Below, piece after piece: positions 13,276 through 24,650 of a stretch of 64,000 nucleotides of DNA. The number at the start of each line of letters is the position of its first letter. Position 1 is the stretch's first letter. The notes beneath the pieces are model-generated. The model had not been told where the DNA came from, did no database searches, and saw only the letters and a list, made by a program, of their open reading frames with translations. Source of the stretch: Podarcis filfolensis (taxonomy: Eukaryota); the NCBI GenBank assembly GCA_964270895.1, contig OZ185440.1; one strand, 5' to 3'. The position numbers were made by a program, and so were the translations under genes.

Positions 13276-14334
13276 TATCTGCCTTCTTCCATGCCTCCCC
13301 CCATGCTTTATTTTTCCTCCCTTGCTGTCAGGATTTCCCTCCCTTTAAGCGTTCCCAGACATCATTCTCCCAGCTCCCCCCCCCCCCCGCAGCAATTTTT
13401 CATTCAGCCTTTCACATTTAGCTAGCTACAAAAGAATCCACTCTTGTTACTGTAAGTAGATTCATTTCCTGTACTGTTTCCACCGTGGGATTATCTTGTC
13501 TTCCTTTGATTAATATTTGTCTGATATACATCTTCATCTGATTATCCTCAATTAAAGCATTTAGCTCTGAAGCCACCAACTCCCTCTCTCCCTCCCCAAG
13601 CGCACACCAACAGCAAGTGAGTACATCCTTGATCCTCTAAGAAGGTGACAAGGAGCAGCTCAGCTGCAAGAACATAGGCATCATTTAATGACTAGAAGTC
13701 TCTTATCTTACAGATAGTTTTGGACAACACAAAGCATCTGTTTTTCAAGAATTCCAAGTTTTTGTTCTGATTCTTCCTTCTCTTTCAATTCTATTATTTT
13801 TTTGGTGTTGCTACAGATAATGAGGGGGGAAATAAACCGTTATCAAAACAAAACAAAACAGAAAACCCAGACAACCAATCTGAGGAAGGACTCTATGAAT
13901 TGCAAACAGATATGCTGTACAGTATGTACTTTTGTTATCCAAGAAGATATTTTAATAAAAGTAATTTTTGTTATTAAACAGGAAACCCACACAAGTGGCA
14001 CTGCATTGTACATATAATTCCAGAGGCTGAGTTCTTTAACCAGCTTTTAAATGTATCTGACAGGGAGGGATCTCAAATCTATAACTTCTATGCAGTATTT
14101 CAAATAGTTATTTGGCAAGGAAAAGATGGAACAGCTACTTTTGAAATCTGTGGGATGGTGGGCTAGTGAATAGAAGAGTGTTTGCTTTAGAAAAAACACA
14201 GTTCTAATGAAAGATTACACTGGGTCCACTTAAGGCTCCTGCTTTTGTGTGCTGGTGATAGGGGTGATGTGTTTCTCCTCTAGGGGGGGCTGCTTCCTCC
14301 TCTGGCCTTTTTATCAGTAAGTAAGCCCCTGTAA

Positions 14335-14687
14335 GGGACGTGGGTGGCGCTGTGGGTTAAACCGCAGAGCCTAGGACTTGCCAATCAGAAGGTCGGCGGT
14401 TTGAATCCCCGCGACAGGGTGAGCTCCCGTTGCTCGGTCCCTGCTCCTGCCAACCTAGCAGTTCGAAAGCACGTCAAAGTGAAGGATAAATAGGTACCAC
14501 TCCGGCGGGAAGGTAAACGGCGTTTCTGTGCACTGCTCCGGTTCGCCAGAAGTGGCTTAGTCATGCTGGCCACATGACCCGGAAGCTGTACACCAGCTCC
14601 CTTGGCCAATAAAGCGAAATGAGCTCCGCAACCCCAGAGTCGGCCACGACTGGACCTAATGGTCAGGGATCCCTTTACCTTTACCTT
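14335..14687 (+). mobile_element. Sauria SINE, full length
   Basis: gggacgtgggtggcgctgtggg head and ACCTTT tail. TSD taagcccctg at 14322-14331 and 14688-14697. Confidence 0.95.
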
Positions 14688-14876
14688 TAAGCCCCTGCTG
14701 CCCAAGCTGCTTTTCTACCCAAGAAAGGAAAGAAATATAGGTATCACAGATGAAAAATGAGTCAAGATAGTAATTTTGAACAGTAAAATGGCCATGGTTA
14801 AAGAGACTCTTCTACTCTTGAGCACAGCTTTCCATGGTTGATTTGATTTTTAAAGGAAGAGGCTATCACTGATCCA

Positions 14877-14992
14877 GAGTCCAACCCTCCAGATGTTGCT
14901 GGACTACAATTCCCATCATTCCTGACAGACAACTATGGTTGGAGTTGATGGGAGTTGGAGTCCAACAACAACTGGAGGATCATAGGCTCTCC
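14877..14992. mobile_element. Fold-back hAT-type MITE, degraded
   Basis: ctccagatgttgctggactacaattcccatc and the inverted arm gatgggagttggagtcc...ctggag. Confidence 0.65.
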
Positions 14993-15911
14993 TTCCTGTC
15001 TGGCCTACACCCCCACCTGCACACTCTTTTTGCTCTATAAATTAGGTTTTCACCCCCTCCTTTTTTGTGCAATGAGGAGAGCCCCTGGTTTTAAACTGAT
15101 TGGTCTGCCAGCATTATGCGTAGTTTGAGCCTCAGTTACTTAGATTTGTGGCTCACAATTTCTCCTACCACACTGACTTGCTCTTGCCAGAACCTTTCCT
15201 TGATTTTTTTTAATTAAAAAACCCATCTCTTTAATTAAAAAACCCATCAGTATTTTGTGTTGGGAATAGCAGCATAACTTCTGTATGTGTTTTTAATTGT
15301 CGCAAATTGAAAACTGCTTTGAAAACTTTTTTTAATCTCAAGTGTGGGGCAGAGACTGTGGGTGGAACTCAATTCAGTGTAGCACTAATAAAGGAAACAA
15401 GGTTTACTTACACAGTGGGACATTTCCCCCTGCACACCCCCTAAATCTGTTCTGGGATCCCCCCCCCAACCCTCCAGAGAAGATATATGGGGCAGAGGGG
15501 ATAGGAAAGGAGGGAAATCCTACTGCATGAGCAGAGCTCATTCCATGCATGCAATACCTCCATTGAATTCCACCCTATATCTAGATCTAAGGCAGAGTCA
15601 TCTGACATGCGACAGATCTTAGATTACTCCTCTACTGAACAAAACTACTGCCACAGACCAAACACAACAGACTGTTACAGAGAGAGCCCCAACACTCCAT
15701 CTGCCAAAGCACTGGAGAGGTTTTTCTGCCCAATAAGCACTGTAGCTTCAAGAATAAAGGGTTTTTCTGCTCCTCAGTAGGAAAACAGGACTAATAAACA
15801 TTGGGGTGCAAGAAAAATAAGTTTTCTTCTGTCTTTAGGAACTGTTATGGAAGTAAATAAAGAAGCTGGGTAGAAGTCAGTGTCTGAAATCAGCAGTAAA
15901 ATTGTGACTTA

Positions 15912-16206
15912 CAGTGGTGCCTCGCAAGACGAAATTAATCCGTTCCGTGAGTCTCTTCGTCTTGCGGTTTTTTCGTCTTGCGAAGCACGGCTATTAGCGG
16001 CTTAGCGGCTATTAGCGGCTTAGCGGCTATTAACGGCTTAGCGGCTTTAAGAAAAAGGAAACAAACTCGCAAGAACTCGCAAGACGTTTCATCTTGCGAA
16101 GCAAGCCCATAGGGAAATTCGTCTTGCGGAACGACTCAAAAAACGGAACTCTTTCGTCTTGCGCGTTTTTCGTCTTGCGAGGCATTCGTCTTGCGAGGTA
16201 CCACTG
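15912..16206. mobile_element. Tc1/mariner MITE with an internal 18-bp tandem repeat
   Basis: TIR CAGTGGT(G/A)CCTCGCAAGACGAA, TA flanks, and three copies of gctattagcggcttagcg. Confidence 0.93.
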
Positions 16207-16244
16207 TACTAGTAAGTCAGTTTGGTGGACAGTAAAAAAAAAAA

Positions 16245-16604
16245 AAGGTAAAGGACCCCTGGATGGTTAAGTCCAGTCAAAGGCAACTGTGGGGTGCAGT
16301 GCTCATCTCGCTTCAGGCCAAGGGAGCCAGCGTTTGTCCACAGACAGCTTTCCAGGTCATGTGGTCAGTGTGACTAAACCGCTACTGGCGCAACGGAACA
16401 CAGTGACAGAAACCAGAGCGCACGGAAAAGTCGTTTACCTTTCTGCCACAGAGGTACCTATTTATCTACTTGCACTAGTGTGCCTTCCAACTGCTAGGTT
16501 GGTCAAAGCTGGGACAGAGCAACAGGAGCTCACCCCGTCGCACGGATTCAAACCGCTGATCTTCCGATTGGCAAGCCCAAGAGACTCAGTGGTTTAGACC
16601 ACTG
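16245..16604 (-). mobile_element. Sauria SINE, second subfamily, 5'-truncated
   Basis: Sauria body with the variant 3' part ggatggttaagtccagtcaaagg and an extra internal segment. Confidence 0.88.
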
Positions 16605-16609
16605 AGTCC

Positions 16610-16780
16610 AGTGGTTTGGACTAGGACCCAGGAGATCAGGGTTCAAATCTCCATTCATGAGGCTCACTGGGGGACCTTGGGCCAGAGTTGTTGTGAGGTC
16701 GAAATGGGGAGGGGAAGAACCATGTATGGCACTCTTAATTCCTTAGAGGAGAGTTGGGATATAAATGTAACAAACAAGTA
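16610..16780 (+). mobile_element. tRNA-derived SINE (Squam2-like), degraded
   Basis: ggagatcagggttcaaatc...gaccttgggccag...gggatataaatgtaacaaa, similar to 50380-50590. Confidence 0.55.
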
Positions 16781-17344
16781 CCAGTAATAACTCTAATGGC
16801 TATGTTAAGGGATAAGTAATCTATATTAAGTTAATCTGAGACAGCAGTCTGGGACAACACTCTGAGGAGAGACTATTTTTCAGGATTGAGGAATCAATTC
16901 TGTATCTCTCTCTTGTAAATATCATTGCTGGCATTTACTTCGTTAATCACAGGCCCATCGTAGTTATCAGCACTATTTTGGAAATGGCACCCCACAAGAG
17001 AGACAGAGTTTATAGATTCCATACAGATACTGTTTTCATAAAACATGCAGAAATATATTTGAGGCTCTCTAGTACTTCTTGTTCCATATAGCAATAGTTG
17101 TTACCATAGGATAAAAGGTGTAAAAGAAACAAGTGCATTCCTGCCAATACAGGCTTTCCATTTGCTTTAGATTTAAGGAAAAGCAACTACAAGCAAATTA
17201 TTGGAGGGGCCTTAGTTCAGTGACAGAGCACACAACTGGTACATAGAAAGCCTCATCAACCCCTGGCACCTCCAGTTAAGGAGAAATACTTCTGCCTTAA
17301 TACAGCGGAGAGCTGCAGCCAGTCAGAATAGACAGTATTGGGGT

Positions 17345-17839
17345 CATAGGAGCCAATTCCTAGGGGTCATGGGGCCTCGGCCCCCACAATAAAATATTTT
17401 AGGGGGCCAGGTCCCTGCAAAGTTGATGAGCATTCCCATTCAAATGGTGTGTCTGCATGGCATCATGTGATCAAGAGCCTAGGGCTTGCCGATCGGAAGG
17501 TCAGCGGTTCGAATCCCTGCGACGGGGTGAGCTCCCGTTGCTCGGTCCCTGCTCCTGCCAACCTAGCAGTTTGAAAGCACCTCAAAGTGCAAGTAGATAA
17601 ATAGGTACCGCTCCGGCGGAAAGATAAACGACGTTTCTGCGCGCTGCTCTAGTTTGGCAGAAGCGGCTTCGTCATGCTGGCCACATGACCCGGAAGCTGT
17701 ACGCCGGCTCCCTCGGCCAATAAAGTGATATGAGCGCCGCAACCCCAGAGTCAGCCACGACTGGACCTAAGAGTCAGGGGTCCCTTTACCTTTACCTTAC
17801 CTGGGCCCCCACAATATTTTATTCAAGTTGGCACCCCTG
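17345..17839. mobile_element. hAT non-autonomous element
   Basis: Imperfect TIRs CATAGGAGCCAA and CAGGGGTGCCAA. 8-bp TSD attggggt/gttggggt (7 of 8 match). Confidence 0.85.
17475..17795 (+). mobile_element. Sauria SINE, 5'-truncated, nested in the hAT element
   Basis: Highly similar to 14335-14687 from agagcctagg onward. Confidence 0.93.
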
Positions 17840-18085
17840 GTTGGGGTAGATGGCCCAATATTCTGAATAAGGCAGCTTCATATGGTCACAGAGGTGCCTA
17901 ATGTGAAAATGCTCGGCATTTCAAGCGTACAAATGTATGCTTAGTATGTTTCACTCCCAATTCTTCCATAATATCTAACATATTAGCTTTTCATAAGCTT
18001 TCAGTGTGGGAGTGTATTAAAATATGTGGTCCCCCCTTGTTTGTTACATTCTGAAGTGGTATATTCTTATGTGGGAAGTAGCACT

Positions 18086-18286
18086 GGGAAGGGCCACAGC
18101 TCAGCAGTTCAGAGTCTGATTTGCAAGCAGAAGGCCCCGGGGTTCAATCCCTGGCATCTCCAAGTAGGGCTGAGAGCCCTCCCCCCCCCCAAGTCTGAAA
18201 CTAGGAGAGTTGCTGCCAGTCAGTGTAGACAATACTGAGCCAGATGAACCAGTGGTCTGACTCAGTATGTGGTTGTTTCCTGTGTC
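18086..18286 (+). mobile_element. tRNA-derived SINE (Squam3-like)
   Basis: A-box and B-box head gggccacagctcag...ggttcaatccctggc, with body gccagtcagtgtagacaatactgagc. Confidence 0.8.
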
Positions 18287-19012
18287 ATAATTTTTTTCCT
18301 GAGTATTTGAATGAGCTCTGCAAACCTCAAACTGCAAAGCAACAATCTGAACAGTCAATTAAAAGAGCACTAGCAATTACACTCTGGCTCTTTCTATAGT
18401 ATAGTCAGATAACCCCACTTTTTGGGGAAATAGAAAGGAATTATTGAGAGAGTCAGACAGCAGCATGTTCAGCTGCCAGGGATAAGTTACTGCATGCACT
18501 CAACTCAATGCACAAATCCACATTTCTAAAAAAAGAAAGGCATAGTTATTTTTGAAACTCACACTGAATAAGACATTTAATTCTCTTGGTCCCCTCTAAT
18601 TACAGGTTCAACATCCTTCCTTAGCCACAGACAAAAATTACCCACAAAGAACTCTATGGGGACGTGGCAGGAAATGGAAAAAGGGTTCAGCAGGTAGGCG
18701 TTGGTATGTGCCTTTTCAGTGGCTTCCAAGAGATGCCCAAGATGCAGCAACAGAATGCATGGATTGGTGGCAGTGATCACAATACCTACAAAGTGCAAAT
18801 ACCATTGAAAGTTTTTCCCTGCACAAACGCCACTGAGATAAATACTCACATTCTTGCACAGCTCCCATTCACTTCAATGGAGCACACTCAGAAATTTTCA
18901 GTGTTTAGTACGGCAAGTTTCTTATATTTGACTCTTTTCTGGCTCCTAAAACCAATCCATGAATTCTACTTGTTTACTTGGGAAGATTATATACCACTTA
19001 ATAAAAAAAAAA

Positions 19013-19180
19013 GGATTGTAATTCAGTGGTAGAGCATTTGCTGTGCATGAAGACACTGCCTGGTTCAATCCCACACATCTCCAGGTAGGCCTGGGAATAT
19101 CTGAAGTCCTGGAGATCCACAGTGTGGATGATACTGGGCAAGATGGACCAATGTTCTGGCTTGGTATAATGTAGCTTCTT
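19013..19180 (+). mobile_element. tRNA-derived SINE (Squam3-like), degraded
   Basis: cagtggtagagcatttgc...ggttcaatcc...agatggaccaatg. Confidence 0.7.
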
Positions 19181-19849
19181 AATATATCTAAAAGTGGTTT
19201 AAGATCCTCATTTAAAAAAAAAAATGATGAAAATTACTAATTGAGGGAATACATAGTTTTAAGCCAAAACTCTAAGAAGACTTAGTAGATTCCTGTTGGG
19301 TTTGTTTCTAGGCAATCCATATGGTCAAGGACCAGTTTGGGCGTGATACTCTCCATAGGGTGTCTGCCTCCATAGGAACAAATCTGGCCTTGCTAGCTAG
19401 GGGTGATGGGAGTTGTAGTTCAACAGCATCTGGGGACCCACAGGTTGAGAAAGGTTGTGTGTAACCAATTCCAGTTTTAACTACCTGCACTTTCAAAAAG
19501 CGCTTCCTCTCTGTCCTGAATCTCCCACCACCCAGCTTCCTATACTCAGAGAGGGGTTAGGAAACTTCTCTCGATCCACTTTCTCGCCACACCATGAATA
19601 ATCCATACACACCTCTGGTTAGCTTCAATCTAAGACGCAACTCCCAAGGCAGAAAACCTTGAGAAATATATGGGGTGGGGGCAGCCCTCAATTCACAAGC
19701 AAGCAGCAGCAAAGGGTCCACAGGCAGAGCCACCACGCGAGGATCCGCTTCTTCCCAACTAATGGGAGCTGTGTGAGGGGCCCCGGGGCATTTTGCACAT
19801 GCTCAGAGGCGTGGCTTCTCAGGTTGAAAAAAATCTGGGGAACAACTTG

Positions 19850-20760
19850 CCCCGGGTTCGAATTCCGAGGAAGAAACAGATCTCTCTCCCCCCCCCAGCT
19901 TTTCCTCCTCCCAGCAGAGGCGCGCCCAGACCCGTGACCCATATTTCCAAGGGGCGCCAGGGCAAGGCAGGGCTGTTGGCTCCACAGGTCGGGCCCGAAG
20001 CAGGCGCGCCCCCCAGCGCCCCTGTTGTTCTCCTGGGGCGGGAGGAAGAGAAAGGCGCCTCGGGCGGGGCAGCGTGTACCCTTGGGGCGGCCCATCCTCC
20101 TGCCCCCCTCCCCACCTCGCCCAGGCCCCCCTTGCCTTCCCTTCCCCTCGCTTCTCTCGCCTCCACCGCCTCACCGGAGGTTGCAGCAGCCAGACTGCAG
20201 AGCACCATCGCCGCCAGGCCCCAGGCTCCCATCGCGGCAGCTCCCGACGGCTCAGACCAGCTCGGCGCGCCCCAGGGCGACGCTGCGGGAGAGGGCGGGA
20301 GCCGAGAAACCCGATCCGGGGGGCGGGCGGGAGGCGACGCCTCCTCCTCTTCTCCCGGGAAGGGCGGAGATCCTCACCCCACCCCAGTCCACTAGCGAGC
20401 ACGACGACCGGCCTCGGGGAGCCAGACGCGGAGGCTGCTCCGCGGTGCTTCCCCTCGGTGCGTCTCCTTGGCGCCGCTGGTGGCGGGGGGCGAGATCGGG
20501 GAGGGAAAGGAGGACTAGTCTACACGGCAGCGAAAGGCTGGAAATCGATGGCGAGAGGTTGGAAACTGGAAGGCTCTTAGAGCCCCACGTTTTGCTAGGT
20601 ATGCGAGAGAAGAGAGCCGTAGAGGGCGGGAAGGATGCCCCCCCCCACTGCAGAATTTAGACCCCCCCTGCGATTTTTGCGCGTCGTGCGTTAGTTGGGC
20701 TTTTCGTGGCGACGTGCAATAGCACCATCAAACACCGTACAAAACTAACACAATTACGGT
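19850..20760. promoter_or_regulatory. SHISA4: CpG island, SHISA4 promoter and first exon(s)
   Basis: Dense in CpG and GC, has GC boxes, and contains the start codon. Confidence 0.88.
20175..20232 (-). CDS. SHISA4: SHISA4 coding exon 1 (signal peptide MGAWGLAAMVLCSLAAATS)
   Basis: ATG at 20232 in context gcgATGg, hydrophobic leader, phase-1 donor G/GTGAGG matching the phase of exon 2, located in the CpG island. Confidence 0.88.
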
Positions 20761-20884
20761 CGAGTCCAGTCAACATGCTGAACATTTCCACAGCTGCCGG
20801 CATCAACAGCGGGCAAGGGCTGTGTTGAATAAGGGAGAGATTTAACATGCGCCGAAATTGTATCCACGCATCATTTTCTAAGTG

Positions 20885-21300
20885 CTTGCAGACTGTTTAA
20901 TTCTCTGTTCTAGGACCTTTCCTGGTATCAACGTCAAGCTAACCAGTTGGTAGTTGCTTGGTCGTCCCTTCTTCTTCTTCTTCTTCTTTTGGAAGATGGG
21001 GACATTTGCCTGCCTTCAGCCCACAGGAACCCCAAAGAATTCTCAAAGAATATAGATGGAGCCTCTAAAATTGCATCTGCAAGTTCCTTTAGTATCCCTG
21101 GGAGCAGCCCTGGAGATATGAATTCATTTAAAGTATCTAGGTGTTCTCTTATCACCTCTTCGGCTGCAGCTCCCTTTATGAATAATTTATTCTATCATCA
21201 CCAGGTTGTTGGGCACTGTTTTCTTTTCGGGCAAAGCAAAGGCAGAGGCAAAGTAGGTTTTGAGCAGTTCCACTTTCTCCTCTGCCACTCAATAGCATCT
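20885..21300 (-). mobile_element. CR1 LINE fragment
   Basis: Antisense CR1 ORF2-like text (gttcctttagtatccctggg...ccctggagatatgaattcatttaaag). Confidence 0.55.
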
Positions 21301-23310
21301 CTCCATGCTTAAGAGTCACCTGTGTGGCACACATACACCTAGGTCCCCAGGTACATACTTGGGAGCATCAGACTTGAGAACAACCAAAACCCTCCCCACT
21401 ATGGTTCCTTAGTATCATCTCACCATGGCCTGAAAGAAATGCATTCAGCTCAGTTATCAGAGGGCAAGGTCCTTTGTGGCAGAAGGAGCTTCTGAAGTCA
21501 TCCAGGTGAACCAACCTTATCAAGCTTCCACCAAAACTATTCCCATTCACGTACTAAGCCTGTGAGCAAAATCATCCAAAACAATGAATTCTACAGTTCC
21601 TTGATCATATTACAAAAGCCCAGATACTTATTCTGGGTAAAATGAGAATTTAAACTTTTATTTAAAAATATATAGCTAGCCCTTAAAGCAGAAATAGCTA
21701 GTTCATGGGCAGTATGTGGCCTGCCAAGATAATTTTCGTGGCCCATAGGACCCGCAACATTTATTGGTGGCAAATTCAGTGGTGCTGGTTGGGGGGGGGG
21801 ATTTTCCCAGGTTTCCCCAATAACCCTTGGGTATAATATGGGTAATTTTCATCTCTGTAATTTTCTAAATACACCCCCCAAATGGCTCCCTTTTAGCTCT
21901 TTATAGTTCCATTTTGTAAAGAAAGCTTTGCCTTAATTTCTGGCAGCACTATTAGCAGTGATACTTACCGCGTTCAATAAATGAAACAGTCCAAATATTT
22001 TCTTTGCACCATCTACATCTGTTGTTGCTGCTTTTTGGTACTGTTTCTATTCTTTTCCATGCGCGCACACAAAATAAGATAAAAATAAACACAGCACTAC
22101 TCAGTAGCTGCCTGCGATGCTGTCAGCATCAGCAGCCAAAGTGTGGACCTTCAGCAATCTGTCCAGAGTTCTGCTGAATACATCAGAGTGGGGACAAGCA
22201 GTTGCAGCCAGCAGCACCACTTTAGCACTTAACAATAAGCACTGGTGAGCAAATTGTGTGTTGTGATTTGTAGTCTTTGTAATGGAGAACAAATGGTGTT
22301 GGGTAGGGAGGGGCAGTTGGACTGCTGTCAAATAAGCTTGAAGGCAAGGAAATGAATTTTGGAAGAAGAGATTTATTAAATAACTTTTAGAGGGAAGAGG
22401 AAGTTAAATGTATTAAATTGATTGGGGAAGGGGAGAATAGAAGTCAAGAATTTAATTCTTGACCTGGAAAGTTAATGGAATGAATTTGGGTTAAGGATGG
22501 AGCATAAATTGGTGTCCTTTTGGAGGTTTAGACAGCATGAATTGGTGAGTTTTGGTTGTACTCCAATGATTTTAGCGGGCTGGGATTTTGCTAGCAAGGT
22601 GCTGTTAGAGTAGTAGGGAATTAAAAAAAAAAACATTGATGTTCAGGCAAATCACCAGAAACATCCCCCACACATCCCCCACTCCAGAATTATATACAAA
22701 ATTGTTTCAACCAAAGTAACACCATGTACATCTCTAGCTGGTGTTAAAATAATTCACATTGTAACCCGATTCAAAAAGCAAGTAAGAACAGTGCAAAAAC
22801 ATTGTTGAGATGGATATACTTTGAGCCAAACATCTTCTCATGCACCCACCCCCAGGCTTGGTTTGTACATGTTGCGAAACAGAGTGGCAATGTAAACCAT
22901 AGGAAGGTTGAGAAGCTAAGAAGCTCCTTTGTTTCTTAACCTCATAGTAAGACCAGAAGCTTTCCTGGCCCATAAAATGTCCAAGAGGCAGGAACACACA
23001 CTGATGCGGAACTAGTGCAAAACTTGAAGGTGAGCCCATAAACAAGGGCTCACCTTCCCAGCTGTGGCACCCAGTATTTCACAGCAGACTCCTACAGGAG
23101 TCATCTTGCAACAGAGCAATCCTAACTGTAGGAATTCTGCGCCAATTACGCCAGCATAAATTGCACTGGCACAATTTAGCCCCTATTCCATTCCAGAGGC
23201 ATTTGATTTACACCACCCTTTCTGCTGGCTACGTCCTGCTGCGCCACGTGATGGAGCTGAAAGCAGTTTGGGCCCAGGGGTGCCAACTTGAATAAAATAT
23301 TGGGGAGGAC

Positions 23311-24027
23311 TTGTGATGATACATTGGGCTAAAGTAGGCATAGGCAACCTTCGGCCCTCCAGATGTTTTGGCCTGCAACTCCCATGATCCCTAGCTAACA
23401 GGACCAGTGGTCAGGGATGATGGGAATTGTAGTTCAAAACATCTGGAGGGCCGAAGGTTGCTTATGCCTGGGCTAAAGATTTTGGATATAATATTCAATT
23501 AGAATCATGGGAAAGGTTATGGAAGGAAGGTATTAATTTTACTGCATGCAGCGCACTTAAAGAAAATGTTATGAAAATGATGTATAGATGGTATTCTATG
23601 GAAGATTGTTTCTGCCAACATTCATGTGCAAACTCATGAGGCAGGGCTCCGAAGGAGGGGGAGAAGGGTACCCCGGATGGCAGAATAAAGCTCTTTCTCT
23701 GAATTAACCCCTCGGTGTCTGTGTTGGCTCCTTCTTCCCTCCCCGGGCGCAATGCTCTTCCTACCCATGAAAAAGGCCTAGAAAGGCTACATAATGAGAA
23801 GCTTCCTACCTTTCTATATTCATTTAAATTTTGGGTTATTTTGTAATGTGTGTAATTAGAATTGGAAAAGGTACAAAATGCAATGATATAAAGGTTAATT
23901 TTGAAAGTCATGAGGCGGGAGGGAAGGAAGCTGACAGGCCCTAAAGAGCCAGGGACGTAAAGTGGAGCGTAATGATGTGAACGTATATTATTACATGGAA
24001 AATAAACAAAAATTGTGTGTGAGAGAG
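23311..24027 (+). mobile_element. 5'-truncated L1/Tx1-like LINE
   Basis: Removing the inner MITE restores MIHWAKDFGYNIQLESWERLWKEGINFTACSALKENVMKMMYRWY, typical of the ORF2 C-terminus. AATAAA at 24001. Flanked by duplicated atattgggg(gg)aggac. Confidence 0.7.
23335..23470. mobile_element. Fold-back hAT MITE, intact
   Basis: About 36-bp TIRs and a perfect 8-bp TSD ggctaaag at 23327-23334 and 23471-23478. Confidence 0.95.
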
Positions 24028-24179
24028 ATATTGGGGGGAGGACAGGTAAGCCCCGCCCCACATAATCGATCACATGATGCGGCACATGCACACTATTTGA
24101 ATGGCAATGCCCATCAACTTGGGGCGGAGGGCGTCCCAAAGTTTTATTTGGAGGGACCTCGGCCCCTAGGAGTAGGTAG

Positions 24180-24650
24180 ATTGGCACGGGTGCGAATCTC
24201 TCCTTGCTCCTTCCCGCCACTGGGTTGCCGTGATAGCAGCGCGGGATTGGGGGGCGGGAAGGCCATGACATCCAGCCAGCTGTCGAGGAGTTAAGCGTAG
24301 GGACGGAGAAAGGTATTGCCGAGGCTCCTCCTGATCCTCGCACCCGCGAGCTGCTCCCTCTCCCCTCCCGGCCCTCCAGCCCCACTTCGCCCAGGGCTGC
24401 ACCGCCATCCACGTGGTCCCTTGCGCCCTCCGCGCCTTTCGGCTCCGCCCCCCCCGCCTCGACGCTCCCTGGTTTGGCTCCGCCCTCTCCAGAATGCCGG
24501 CCACCAGGGAAGGAGCCTGTCCAATGTGCAGAAGTGTTCGCCTCTCCTCGAAGCCTGCTGGGGCGCGAGAGGGGGCGAGGTCATGTGGAGGCCCCGGACC
24601 CCCTTGCAAATCGCCTCGCATATCTCACGTCGGTTAGAGCAGCTTTTTAT
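24180..24650. promoter_or_regulatory. Orphan CpG island with promoter-like motifs
   Basis: CpG-dense. Inverted CCAAT and GC box at 24246-24258, CACGTG at 24410-24415, further GC boxes. No recognisable protein. Confidence 0.7.

Larger units (their letters stand above)
17203..17884 (+). mobile_element. tRNA-derived SINE (Squam3-like) interrupted by a hAT element
   Basis: Segments 17203-17344 and 17848-17884 join to give the same sequence as the uninterrupted copy at 18086-18286. Confidence 0.75.
23275..24180. mobile_element. hAT element (same family as 17345-17839, opposite orientation) split by an L1-like insertion
   Basis: 23275-23310 matches one end of the family and 24028-24175 matches the remainder. 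Confidence 0.75.

Noticed and set aside
16583-16608. 10-bp perfect hairpin GACTCAGTGG/CCACTGAGTC at a SINE truncation junction
   Set aside because: Much of the symmetry is intrinsic to the Sauria SINE 5' region, and the few extra bases could be chance or a truncation by-product.
18086-18165. tRNA gene
   Set aside because: The cloverleaf is degenerate and continues into a SINE body seen several times in the window. The same applies to the heads near 13275, 19013 and 45328.
19688-20660. Several 135-211 aa overlapping ORFs on both strands
   Set aside because: Stop-poor CpG-island sequence. Only the 58-nt SHISA4 signal-peptide exon is supported.
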